A DNA stretch of 64,000 nt from a virus (Duplodnaviria; Caudoviricetes), in IMG/VR virus record IMGVR_UViG_2806310985_000007, positions 1 to 64,000 of that record. The stretch is one strand, 5' to 3'. Shown one piece after another: positions 44,611 through 53,234 of this stretch. Made by a program: the position numbers and the translations under genes. Within the stretch, counting starts at the first letter, position 1; the number at the start of each line of letters is the position of its first letter. Below the pieces are notes generated by a model, which ran no database searches, was not told the DNA's origin, and worked only from the letters and a program-made list of their open reading frames with translations.

Positions 44611-45813
44611 TTAGCCCGCAGACTTCTGCGCCAGCACCTTGATGGCCTCCGGCAGGATCAGCTTGCCGTCCACGCGCTGGGAAGCAAGGAAACCTACCTG
44701 GCCGGTAGCGGCATACAGCTCGTTCAGACGCTTGAAGGAACGTCCCTGTCTGTCCGCGATCCAGTAATAGCTAAAATCACCGAAAGCCACGGTCTTTGCG
44801 TCTGCCGCAATGGCAGGCATATACGCAGAGGTGCGTACCGGCTTTCCAAGCAGCAGGTCAGGAGCGCCTGCGGTCAGGGAAGGCTGCCACAGGTACTGGC
44901 TCTGGTTGTCCTTCAGCTTGCGAATCGCCTTGATGGTGGAATCGTTCAGCACCCACACAGCGTTTCTGCGGTAAGGGGCTTTCAGGGAGTAGAACAGGTC
45001 AATCAGCTCATCGGCAGTGATAGCTGTGGCAGATGCCGCAGTCACCCCGGTTTCCGCTCCGCCCGTGGCGGCAAGGATACCCAGCGGCTTGCCGGAGCCG
45101 TCCCCGGTAAAGAACGCTTCCTCCTCCTTAGCGCCGATGCGGCGGGCAAACTCACGGGAGATGTAGCTCTCCAGGTCAAAGACGCTGTCGTTCAAAAGCT
45201 CCTCAGATACCTTGATCATGGTGCCCAGCTTGTAAGCACCGATGGACACCTGACCGAAGGAATCATCGCTCTCCAGGTATGCACCTTCCTCATCAATCCA
45301 GGAGGCGGTACCCTTGGTAGCCACCACAGGGATCTTGCGGTCGCCGCTGGAGGTCTGGATGATCTTCGCCAGCTGACGGAAAATGTTCTCCTCCTCCAGA
45401 GCCTCTACCAGAGTGCGCTCGTACTCGTCAGGGACGAGATACCCGCCCTCGGAATCGGTGCCGATCTGCAATGCGTTCATCACAGTGGGCATGGGAGTCT
45501 TGGAGCGCATCATGTTCCAGAAGTTCTGGCGGTACTCATCGGTAGCGCGGCCGGTCTTGGCAGTTTCCTTGCCGTTCATGGGCTTGCCAGTGAGGGGCTT
45601 GTTCACCGGGCGGTTCAACTCCGCATCCAGCGCCTCCTGGCGCTCCAGACGGGCGATCTCCTTGCCAAGATCGGTGATCTCCTGCTCCATACGGGAGTAG
45701 GTGGCGTCATCCTCAGCGGACAGCATACCTTTGTCGTTTCTATGGGAATCCAGGAATGCCTTGGTGGCCTCCCACGCCTTGGCGCGCTTTTCGCGCAGTT
45801 CAAGAATAGTCAT
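44611..45813 (-). CDS. HK97-fold major capsid protein
   Basis: EGGYLVP, VSEELLNDS.FDLE, GDGSGKPLG, FGDFSYY. Confidence 0.95.
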   Translation of the reverse strand: MTILELREKRAKAWEATKAFLDSHRNDKGMLSAEDDATYSRMEQEITDLGKEIARLERQEALDAELNRPVNKPLTGKPMNGKETAKTGRATDEYRQNFWNMMRSKTPMPTVMNALQIGTDSEGGYLVPDEYERTLVEALEEENIFRQLAKIIQTSSGDRKIPVVATKGTASWIDEEGAYLESDDSFGQVSIGAYKLGTMIKVSEELLNDSVFDLESYISREFARRIGAKEEEAFFTGDGSGKPLGILAATGGAETGVTAASATAITADELIDLFYSLKAPYRRNAVWVLNDSTIKAIRKLKDNQSQYLWQPSLTAGAPDLLLGKPVRTSAYMPAIAADAKTVAFGDFSYYWIADRQGRSFKRLNELYAATGQVGFLASQRVDGKLILPEAIKVLAQKSAG

Positions 45814-45827
45814 AGTCGTTATCCTCC

Positions 45828-46568
45828 TTAAAATTTCATCAAATTAAGCCGCTCATAGAGACTGTCTACGGAGCGGCCCTGGGGTTCAGGTTTCGGTTTG
45901 GTTTTACATTTCGCTGCGATCTTATCCATAAGGGAATTGACCACAGCAGCCTTGGAATACAGCATGGATACCGCAGGCGGTTCCATATCCTCCGGCACTT
46001 CGGAGCGCTTGAGAATATCATCGGCAAAGCCAAGCTCCACCGCCTTGCCTGCATCCATCCAGGTTTCCGCATCCATAAGGTGGGAGAGCCTTGTGCGGGA
46101 GAGACCGGTCTTGATCTCATAGGCATTGATGATGGAATCTTTCACGCTCCCAAGCATCTCGATGGCTTTCTGCATCTCTGCGGTATCGCCCATTGCCACG
46201 GTCATGGGGTTATGGATCATCATCATGGAGACAGGGCTGACCAGCACCTTTGTGCCAGCCATCGCAATGACCGATGCGGCGCTGGCCGCAATGCCATCGA
46301 TTTTGACCGTAACGTTGCCCTTGTAATCCATCAGCATGTTGTAGATCTGAGCCGCCGCCACACAGTCGCCGCCGGGGCTGTTGATCCAGACGGTGATATC
46401 GCCGGAGCCTGCCATCAGTTCCTCCTTGAAAAGCTGCGGCGTGATGTCGTCGTCAAACCAGCTTTCCTCGGCGATGGTGCCGTTCAGGAACAGCGTTCTC
46501 TCCACTGTTTCCGTCTGATTCTCCTGATTCGTCACCGTCCTGTTTGTCCACTTCCAGAACTTCTTCAT
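45828..46568 (-). CDS. ClpP-like prohead protease
   Basis: INSPGGD, AASAASVI, MMIHNP, ETWM. Confidence 0.92.
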   Translation of the reverse strand: MKKFWKWTNRTVTNQENQTETVERTLFLNGTIAEESWFDDDITPQLFKEELMAGSGDITVWINSPGGDCVAAAQIYNMLMDYKGNVTVKIDGIAASAASVIAMAGTKVLVSPVSMMMIHNPMTVAMGDTAEMQKAIEMLGSVKDSIINAYEIKTGLSRTRLSHLMDAETWMDAGKAVELGFADDILKRSEVPEDMEPPAVSMLYSKAAVVNSLMDKIAAKCKTKPKPEPQGRSVDSLYERLNLMKF

Positions 46569-47823
46569 CGGGATTTTCCTCCTTTCCTGGTTGTGTATCT
46601 GCAAAAGCTCCGGCGTTACCAAGCGGGAGCATATTGCCATTGATAAGGTAGAGATCGCCGCCATCCTCGGCTGGGATGCGATCCATGTTCTCCAGTTCCC
46701 GGATGTCGTTGGCGCTCATCCAGCCGTTCTGCCTTGCTGTGGCATAGCCGGACATCCTGCTGGCATAATCACCACGAAGCAGCCCTTCCACGTTAAACTT
46801 GGCAAAGTACTGTTTCTTTTCCTCCGGTGAAAAGAGCGTCCGCTGGATGGACTGCTCCCAGCGCACCAGCCAGGGTTCCAGTGTGTATTTCACGAACTCC
46901 AGAGACTGCTGCTCAATATTGGAAAAGCTGGACTTTTCCAGGTCGCCCACCATATGAGGCGGCACTCGGAATATACGGGCGATCTCGTTGATCTGGAACT
47001 TTCTTGTTTCCAGGAACTGCGCCTGTTCCGGGGAGATGCCGATAGGCGTGTATTTCATGCCCTCCTCTAAAACGGCGATCTTGTTGGCGTTGCCGCTGCC
47101 GCCGAAGGTGGACTGCCAGCTTTCCCGGACACGGCCTGGGTCTTTGATTGTTCCCGGATGCTCCAGCACGCCGCCGGGAGCAGCACCGTTGGCGAAGAAC
47201 TTCGCCCCGTATTCCTCACAGGCGATTGCCATGCCGATGGCGTTTTTCGCCATAGCGATAGGCGAATAGCCCACAAGCCCGTCAAATCCAAGCCCCGGAA
47301 TATGCAGCACATCCGAGGGTTTCAGCCGCACGACTGTGCCCTTGACCGTTGGCGCATCGTCGGTGCTGACCGTGTATTCGTAGTAGAGCTTGCCGTCCCT
47401 GTCACGGTCTACCGTCATCCTGTCCGGCATCAGCGGATAAAGGGCAATGACCTCGCCCTTGCCGTTGCGGATGATCTGGGCGTAGGCGTTGCCCCACAGG
47501 AGAAGGTGGGTCATGAGCGTTTCCCGGAACACAAAGGAACTCATCTCCGGGTTCGGTTCATCATGCAAAAGCAGATACAGCGGATGGTCGATGCCCTTTT
47601 CCTTGCCGCCGTCCTCCTTATAGCGGTAGAGGTGGAGCGGCAGTCCCGCCACAGCCTCTGCCAGGATACGGACGCAGGAATACACCGCCGTCATCTGCAT
47701 GGCGGAGCGTTCATTGACCCGTTTGCCCGCCGAGCTGCTGCCAAAGAAAAAGCTGTAGGCGCTGCCCGTGGTGCGGTTCTGGGGCTTATCCCTGGAACGG
47801 AAAAGCCCTGAAAAGATACCCAT
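46453..47823 (-). CDS. HK97-family portal protein
   Basis: AVYSCVRILAE.VA.LP, EPNPEMS, IARIFRVPP; tail overlaps the protease start. Confidence 0.95.
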   Translation of the reverse strand: MGIFSGLFRSRDKPQNRTTGSAYSFFFGSSSAGKRVNERSAMQMTAVYSCVRILAEAVAGLPLHLYRYKEDGGKEKGIDHPLYLLLHDEPNPEMSSFVFRETLMTHLLLWGNAYAQIIRNGKGEVIALYPLMPDRMTVDRDRDGKLYYEYTVSTDDAPTVKGTVVRLKPSDVLHIPGLGFDGLVGYSPIAMAKNAIGMAIACEEYGAKFFANGAAPGGVLEHPGTIKDPGRVRESWQSTFGGSGNANKIAVLEEGMKYTPIGISPEQAQFLETRKFQINEIARIFRVPPHMVGDLEKSSFSNIEQQSLEFVKYTLEPWLVRWEQSIQRTLFSPEEKKQYFAKFNVEGLLRGDYASRMSGYATARQNGWMSANDIRELENMDRIPAEDGGDLYLINGNMLPLGNAGAFADTQPGKEENPDEEVLEVDKQDGDESGESDGNSGENAVPERHHRRGKLV

Positions 47824-47842
47824 ATGTGATCACCGTCCTTTC

Positions 47843-49444
47843 TCAAATAAACAAAAGGCCCCGGCTGTCATAAATCGAAGCTCCCGTATCGTTGCCACAG
47901 CGGATCGCCCGGTCAAGCCCCATGATGGTGGCGATTGCCCCGTCGATCTTCTCTGTGGATTTTTCCTTGTCCGCCTTGATGTTGCCTGCCGGGTCGGTGC
48001 GGATGTAGATGTTATCCATCATCCACCGCAGCACCGGGTGGCCACCGTGGGCGACCTTTTCCTCCAGCACCAGCTTCATCAGTTCTTTAGTCGGCGGAGA
48101 CATATCTTTAAAACCCTGCCCGAAGGGGACTACCGTAAAGCCCATGCCTTCCAGGTTCTGCACCATCTGCACAGCGCCCCAGCGGTCGAAGGCAATCTCC
48201 CGGATGTTGAACTTCTCGCCGAGCCTTTCGATGAATTTCTCAATGTAGCCGTAGTGGACCACGTTGCCTTCCGTGGTCATCAGCGTCCCCTGCCGCTCCC
48301 ACAGGTTGTAGGGAACATGGTCGCGCCGGACACGAAGATCCAGAGTTTCTTCCGGTATCCAGAAGTATGGAAGGATATAGTATTTGTCCTCCTCATCCAT
48401 CGGTGGGAACACCAGCACAAAGGCTGTGATATCCGTGGTGGAGGATAAGTCCAGACCGCCGTAGCAGATGCGCCCCTCCAGATCGTCCTCGGAAACAGTG
48501 AATGCACAGGCGTCCCATTTTTCCATCGGCATCCAGCGCACCGACTGCTTGACCCACTGGTTGAGCCTTAGCTGCCGGAAAGCGTTCTCCTCGCCCGGAT
48601 TCTGCTGGGCGGATTCACAGGCGGCTTTGACCTTATCGATACCCACCGTGATGCCGAGAGATGGATTGGCTTTCTTCCAGACCTCCGGGTCTGTCCAGTC
48701 CTCATCCTCGGCAGCACCGTAAATGATGGAGTAGAAGGTGGGATCGACCTTCCTGCCTTCCGCAATGTCGATGGCTTTCTGATGCACCTCATAGCAGATG
48801 GAGTTGGTGTCGTTTCCGGCAGTAGTGATTAGGAAATACAGCGGCTGCATCCTGGCGTCCCCGGAGCCCTGGAGCATAACGTCAAAGAGCTTTCGGTTGG
48901 GCTGGGTATGCAGCTCATCGAAAATGACGCCGTGGGTGTTGAAGCCATGCTTGTTCGCCACATCTGCTGACAGCACCTGATAGGAGCTGTTGGTAGGGAG
49001 ATAGGTGATCTTCTTCTGGGATTCCAGGATCTTTACGCGCTTTGAGAGTGCCGGGCAAAACCGCACCATGTCCACAGCCACATCAAAGACGATCTTTGCC
49101 TGGTTCCTGTCGGCGGCGCATCCGTACACCTCGGCGCGTTCCTCACCGTCCCCGCACAGGAGCAGGAGCGCCACAGCGGCGGCAAGCTCCGATTTGCCCT
49201 GTTTCTTCGGTATCTCGATGTAAGCTGTATTGAACTGCCGGTAGCCGTTGGGCTTTAGGACACCGAACAGGTCACGGATGATCTGCTCTTGCCAGTCGAT
49301 CAGTTCAAAGGGCTTGCCTGCCCAGGTGCCTTTGGTGTGGCAGAGGGACTCGATGAACATGACCGCATAGTCGGCGGCGTCCTTATCGTAGTGCGAGGTT
49401 TTCGCCATAAACCTGGTAGGCTTGTATTTCTTCAGTTTTCGCAT
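47843..49444 (-). CDS. Terminase large subunit
   Basis: PKKQGKS, IFDELH, ITTAG, GGLDLS, KIDG. Confidence 0.95.
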   Translation of the reverse strand: MRKLKKYKPTRFMAKTSHYDKDAADYAVMFIESLCHTKGTWAGKPFELIDWQEQIIRDLFGVLKPNGYRQFNTAYIEIPKKQGKSELAAAVALLLLCGDGEERAEVYGCAADRNQAKIVFDVAVDMVRFCPALSKRVKILESQKKITYLPTNSSYQVLSADVANKHGFNTHGVIFDELHTQPNRKLFDVMLQGSGDARMQPLYFLITTAGNDTNSICYEVHQKAIDIAEGRKVDPTFYSIIYGAAEDEDWTDPEVWKKANPSLGITVGIDKVKAACESAQQNPGEENAFRQLRLNQWVKQSVRWMPMEKWDACAFTVSEDDLEGRICYGGLDLSSTTDITAFVLVFPPMDEEDKYYILPYFWIPEETLDLRVRRDHVPYNLWERQGTLMTTEGNVVHYGYIEKFIERLGEKFNIREIAFDRWGAVQMVQNLEGMGFTVVPFGQGFKDMSPPTKELMKLVLEEKVAHGGHPVLRWMMDNIYIRTDPAGNIKADKEKSTEKIDGAIATIMGLDRAIRCGNDTGASIYDSRGLLFI

Positions 49445-49560
49445 AGGCACCACCTCCAAAATGGCATAAAAAAGAGCCGCATGACTGCGACTTCCAAAAT
49501 GTATCTGTACGAGAGAAAGAGCCGTGCGGCTCGTTCTCAGGGTATTGTTTTCGCTGTTAT

Positions 49561-49881
49561 TTACTGCTGCATCGCCCAGGCAATAGCGTGACCGCCATCC
49601 TCGAAAAGTTCCCCGCTCATGGCGATGAGGTTCAGTCGGCACTCGATGTGGCTGTATCCGGTTTCCTCCGGGGTCTCAATGAACTCGTACACTCCGGCGA
49701 TGAATCCCTTCCATGCGTGGTCGGTGACCAGTACCTTATCGCCCATCTTCAGCACTGCGCCTTCTCCGGCGGTAACCTTCATCGAAAGGTTCTCCATCGT
49801 GCTGGTGTTCGGTAGCCGGTAGTGGTTTTCGCAATTCTCGGTGTAGTCTTCGTATCTCTTAATTCCTGTGTTTTCCATCAT
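49561..49881 (-). CDS. Hypothetical protein
   Basis: GGAGG RBS; ECRL...FEDGGHAIAWA. Confidence 0.75.
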   Translation of the reverse strand: MMENTGIKRYEDYTENCENHYRLPNTSTMENLSMKVTAGEGAVLKMGDKVLVTDHAWKGFIAGVYEFIETPEETGYSHIECRLNLIAMSGELFEDGGHAIAWAMQQ

Positions 49882-49897
49882 CGTATCCTCCGATTTC

Positions 49898-50224
49898 TTA
49901 GTTGCTCCTGAGAACATCCACCAGCCATTCCGCTTCCTTGTGGTATTCGCCGGTGGCTTTCTCCAGAATGCTGCTGTCTTCATCGATGTAGCAAAGGGCT
50001 TTTCCGACCTTCACAAATCGTGTGTTCTCGTATCCGGGAAGGCTGGTGCGGTAGACCTTTGCGCTGCGGCTCTCACCGTCGTAGCTCTTGCCATCCCAGC
50101 CGTTGAAGGTGAAGCGGACGCTCTCGCGGGTCCTGGTAAAGCTCCCTTCAAAATCCTCTCTGGTGATTGCGGTGTTATGCTCCTTAAGGCTGAAGCTGTT
50201 CCTCATCTGGTAAATGTTCATCAT
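49898..50224 (-). CDS. Hypothetical protein
   Basis: GGAGG RBS, preceded by the 32-bp repeat. Confidence 0.75.
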   Translation of the reverse strand: MMNIYQMRNSFSLKEHNTAITREDFEGSFTRTRESVRFTFNGWDGKSYDGESRSAKVYRTSLPGYENTRFVKVGKALCYIDEDSSILEKATGEYHKEAEWLVDVLRSN

Positions 50225-50266
50225 GTTGGTTTCCTCCGTTTTTCTTTGTTTTCCCTTTCGGTGTGT

Positions 50267-50298
50267 ACATATTCGCTCTAAAAGCACAGAATAGCAAG
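50267..50298 (-). promoter_or_regulatory. 32-bp promoter-like repeat, copy A
   Basis: CTTGCTAT-N11-AGAGCGAATATGT. Confidence 0.7.
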
Positions 50299-50348
50299 TT
50301 AATTCCGAGCATAATCTGCACAAAGATCAGTGGAGGAAACTGTGTACA

Positions 50349-50549
50349 TTACTCCTGCATATGGCGGTGGATCGTCTCGATGATCTGTTCCTGCTCGGCG
50401 GTGTCCACGCCGATTGACCGGAGCGCCTGCCTTGTCCCACAGTCTGGGCAGATGAGGGTCTTGTTGTCCTCCCTGGAAAGCGCCGGAGCGCCATGATAAG
50501 TCCTGCCGCAAAGTGGGCAGACCGCCGTCCTTATGATGTTATCCTTCAT
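50349..50549 (-). CDS. Small Zn-finger protein
   Basis: CPLCG..PALSR.DN...ICPDCG. Confidence 0.75.
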   Translation of the reverse strand: MKDNIIRTAVCPLCGRTYHGAPALSREDNKTLICPDCGTRQALRSIGVDTAEQEQIIETIHRHMQE

Positions 50550-51015
50550 AGCCGCATACCTCCCTGCATTTTTCGTAGGCGTCGATCAGAATGTTCTTGT
50601 CGAAGTAAAAGGTGTCGTATCCCTCCAAGCAGGTCCTCATGTAAAAGTTGGTGGGGATGCCGATGGGGCGCTCCTCATGCATGATGTAGGCAAAGGCCGT
50701 CACCGTTCTGCGTTTCCCTGTACGGATTCCCTTGTATTGGAGATTGATGTCCTTCTTGTAGTAGAAATTGGGAAATCCCTCGTAGCGGTCGAGGGCGGCT
50801 TCATCCGCAGCCGTTACCTCCCAGATCACCACGGGAACCGTGCCGCTTTCGCATTCCTCAATCGTGAGGTAAGAGCCGGTCTTGCTTCCTTTGAACAGTA
50901 GCTCCCATCCCTTGAGAGCAGCTGTACCAAGGATCGTGGCGTGAGGGCAGCGCATCTGCATCTGCGGAACATTGAGGTTGCTGCCGTAGGCGATGTAGTA
51001 TCTTTTTTCTTTCAT
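50539..51015 (-). CDS. Gamma-glutamylcyclotransferase (AIG2-like)
   Basis: YIAYGSNL, LDRYEG. Confidence 0.9.
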   Translation of the reverse strand: MKEKRYYIAYGSNLNVPQMQMRCPHATILGTAALKGWELLFKGSKTGSYLTIEECESGTVPVVIWEVTAADEAALDRYEGFPNFYYKKDINLQYKGIRTGKRRTVTAFAYIMHEERPIGIPTNFYMRTCLEGYDTFYFDKNILIDAYEKCREVCGYEG

Positions 51016-51112
51016 GTGTATCCATCCTTTCCTGGAGGACTTAGGTTACTTGTCCTTCTACCACCCTAAGACCGCCGAAGCGGTCAGGGGCAGGGCATTT
51101 AACCTAAATCCT

Positions 51113-52063
51113 TCAAGCGGCTGCTCTGCCATGCCGGAAGGCTGTATCTCCAGTAAGGTTGCGGGTCAGGAAATCTCTGGCCGTTGCGAACTCCTCGCCG
51201 ATGAAGCCCATGCGGAGGAGCCAGGTTCTCATGGCGTACTTGGGGTTTTCGCTCTGCTGGGGCTTGGGGCTTGCCGTCCGCACATCCTTTGCCATCTGGC
51301 TCAGGGCCAGGCAAAGCTGAATGTAGCTTTTGAGCTGTCCTGCGTGGATGCCGCCCCGACGCTCTGTGGTCGGCTCGTCAAACTGGAAGAGCCTGAACTC
51401 GACTGTCCCTTTGGTAAAGGTGGCGTGGAGGTTGAGCATATGGTAGCGGCTGTCGTTGTAATGCTGGTTCCTGCCGTAGCTTGCGCCGTGGCTGGTGTAC
51501 CAGATGTCCGCAAGCTGTGCCATCGTCTTGGGCTTTCTGCTGTTGACCTTGGCGAGAAAGTTGGGGTCTACCGTGCGGCAGTAGCGGCTCATGCGGCTGC
51601 GGTCGAGCTTTAAAGCCTCGGCGATCAGGCTTTCGTGGCTTGCCATGATGTTGGCAAGGTTCCGAAGGCTCTGCGGCGTATGCCCCTGCGCACCGATGTG
51701 GATGTGGACTCCGCATCCCCTGGAGGCGTCGCTTTTCGCTCCCGCGTGTCTGAGCTGTCTGCAAAGCTCCTGCAGGGTCTCAATGTCCCCGTAGGTCAGG
51801 ATCGGGGTGACCAGTTCGCATTTCTGCTCGTCCGGTCCTGCGATGGAAACGTCCTTCTGGAATTTCCACTCGCGCCCTTGTGCGTCCCAAGCCGACCAGG
51901 TGCTGTAGCCGTTGCGGCCTGCGGTATTCTCAAATCTGCCTGTACCGAAGAAGTCGGCGGCAACCTTGGCTGCCTTCTGGCGGGTGATGCTGTTCATCTC
52001 GACCTCGACCCCGATGGTCTGGTTTTTCATCTCTGTGATCTGCCTTGCTGTTTTCTCGTTCAT
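51113..52063 (-). CDS. Amidoligase (COOH-NH2 ligase type 2)
   Basis: GVEVE, DVSI, ELVTP, CGVHIHIG, RY..LN, TVEFRLF. Confidence 0.9.
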   Translation of the reverse strand: MNEKTARQITEMKNQTIGVEVEMNSITRQKAAKVAADFFGTGRFENTAGRNGYSTWSAWDAQGREWKFQKDVSIAGPDEQKCELVTPILTYGDIETLQELCRQLRHAGAKSDASRGCGVHIHIGAQGHTPQSLRNLANIMASHESLIAEALKLDRSRMSRYCRTVDPNFLAKVNSRKPKTMAQLADIWYTSHGASYGRNQHYNDSRYHMLNLHATFTKGTVEFRLFQFDEPTTERRGGIHAGQLKSYIQLCLALSQMAKDVRTASPKPQQSENPKYAMRTWLLRMGFIGEEFATARDFLTRNLTGDTAFRHGRAAA

Positions 52064-52109
52064 GGTGAATCCTCCGTTTTCGTTTGGTGTGTTTTCCCTT
52101 TCGGTGTAC

Positions 52110-52141
52110 ACATATTCGCTCTAAAAGAGGATAATAGCAAG
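52110..52141 (-). promoter_or_regulatory. 32-bp promoter-like repeat, copy B
   Basis: CTTGCTAT-N11-AGAGCGAATATGT. Confidence 0.7.
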
Positions 52142-52192
52142 GCCATTTCCGATAATATACTACACAAAGATGACCGCAAAATATTGTGTAGT

Positions 52193-52441
52193 TTACACCT
52201 GTTTATTACCATCAGATGTGTTCTTAACCTTTTGGCACAGATCCTCTCCAAACGCCACGGAAAGGCCGCTGCCGTTGTCCCAGGCGACCATGATGGAGCC
52301 GATATCATCCACGCCCATCACAGTGCCCTGTGTGCCGATTGGCGGTGCCTGGGGATCGTCCATTTGTAGCAGCTCCACACGGGTGCCGGAAGGAAACTCC
52401 TTGCGGATGCGCTCCACAACTTCCTTACTCGGAAACCGCAT
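52193..52441 (-). CDS. DUF4314-like protein
   Basis: FP.GTRVEL..MDDP..PP.GT.GTV..VDD.G...WDNGSGL. Confidence 0.85.
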   Translation of the reverse strand: MRFPSKEVVERIRKEFPSGTRVELLQMDDPQAPPIGTQGTVMGVDDIGSIMVAWDNGSGLSVAFGEDLCQKVKNTSDGNKQV

Positions 52442-53135
52442 GGTCAGCACCTCCATTCTTAAATGCCGAAGAACCGGAGAGGTTCTTCAGCAGGATCTTG
52501 CGTTCGACTTTGTATTCACTGCCTATGAAGCCCAGGCGCAGGAGAAAGCAGCGGAAGGCGTACTTCTCATTATCCACCGCTTTCTCCGTGACCGTCACGC
52601 GCTTGGCGTTTTTGCTCATCTCGCAGAGTGCGGAAATGAAATGGGTGTAGGCTTTGACCGCATCGGCGTCAGGCATCTCTCTAAACCAGGGAAATGCTAC
52701 CCGGTCTTCCTGAATCTCAATTGGAAGTTCGCTAACACCGAGCGCCTTCTTAATCAGGCTACCTTTGGCATCCAGCAGTTTAGTGAGGTTGCCAACCGCC
52801 GCTTTGTCCAGCGGAATCTCCACTGTAAGCCCCACAGTTTCGCTCTGTGGCGCAGTGTCGGCGGCTTCGGATTCTTCCTCGGAGAGCTGTTCCTCGCCGT
52901 CCTGCGCCTCGCATTCAAAGCCTGCGGCGGTGATAGCTTCAAGTACCTGCTCGACCTCCTCGCTGTCGGCGCAGTCGTCAAACAGGAGCGTCCCGTCCTT
53001 GGTGACCGTGAAGTAGTCGATCTCATAATTGCAGGTGGGCATGAATTTGTATTCCGCCCTGGCACCTGTGGCATCCGAAATGACCTTGACCAGTTCCTTG
53101 CGCTTTGCGCCTGTCACATTGTATCTGATTTCCAT
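52425..53135 (-). CDS. Conserved prophage protein (often labelled 'virulence protein')
   Basis: RKELV..I, FPWF, NEKYAFRCFLLRLGFIG..YK..RK.LL..LSG tail related to the amidoligase C-terminus. Confidence 0.75.
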   Translation of the reverse strand: MEIRYNVTGAKRKELVKVISDATGARAEYKFMPTCNYEIDYFTVTKDGTLLFDDCADSEEVEQVLEAITAAGFECEAQDGEEQLSEEESEAADTAPQSETVGLTVEIPLDKAAVGNLTKLLDAKGSLIKKALGVSELPIEIQEDRVAFPWFREMPDADAVKAYTHFISALCEMSKNAKRVTVTEKAVDNEKYAFRCFLLRLGFIGSEYKVERKILLKNLSGSSAFKNGGADHAVSE

Positions 53136-53165
53136 GTGCGAAAACCTCCTTTGTTTTTGGTAGTC

Positions 53166-53197
53166 ACATATTCGCTCTGAACCCCTGAAATAGCAAG
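53166..53197 (-). promoter_or_regulatory. 32-bp promoter-like repeat, copy C
   Basis: CTTGCTAT-N11-AGAGCGAATATGT. Confidence 0.7.
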
Positions 53198-53234
53198 CGA
53201 TTTCCGCACATTTTGCTTTAGAATAGCTGCCTGA

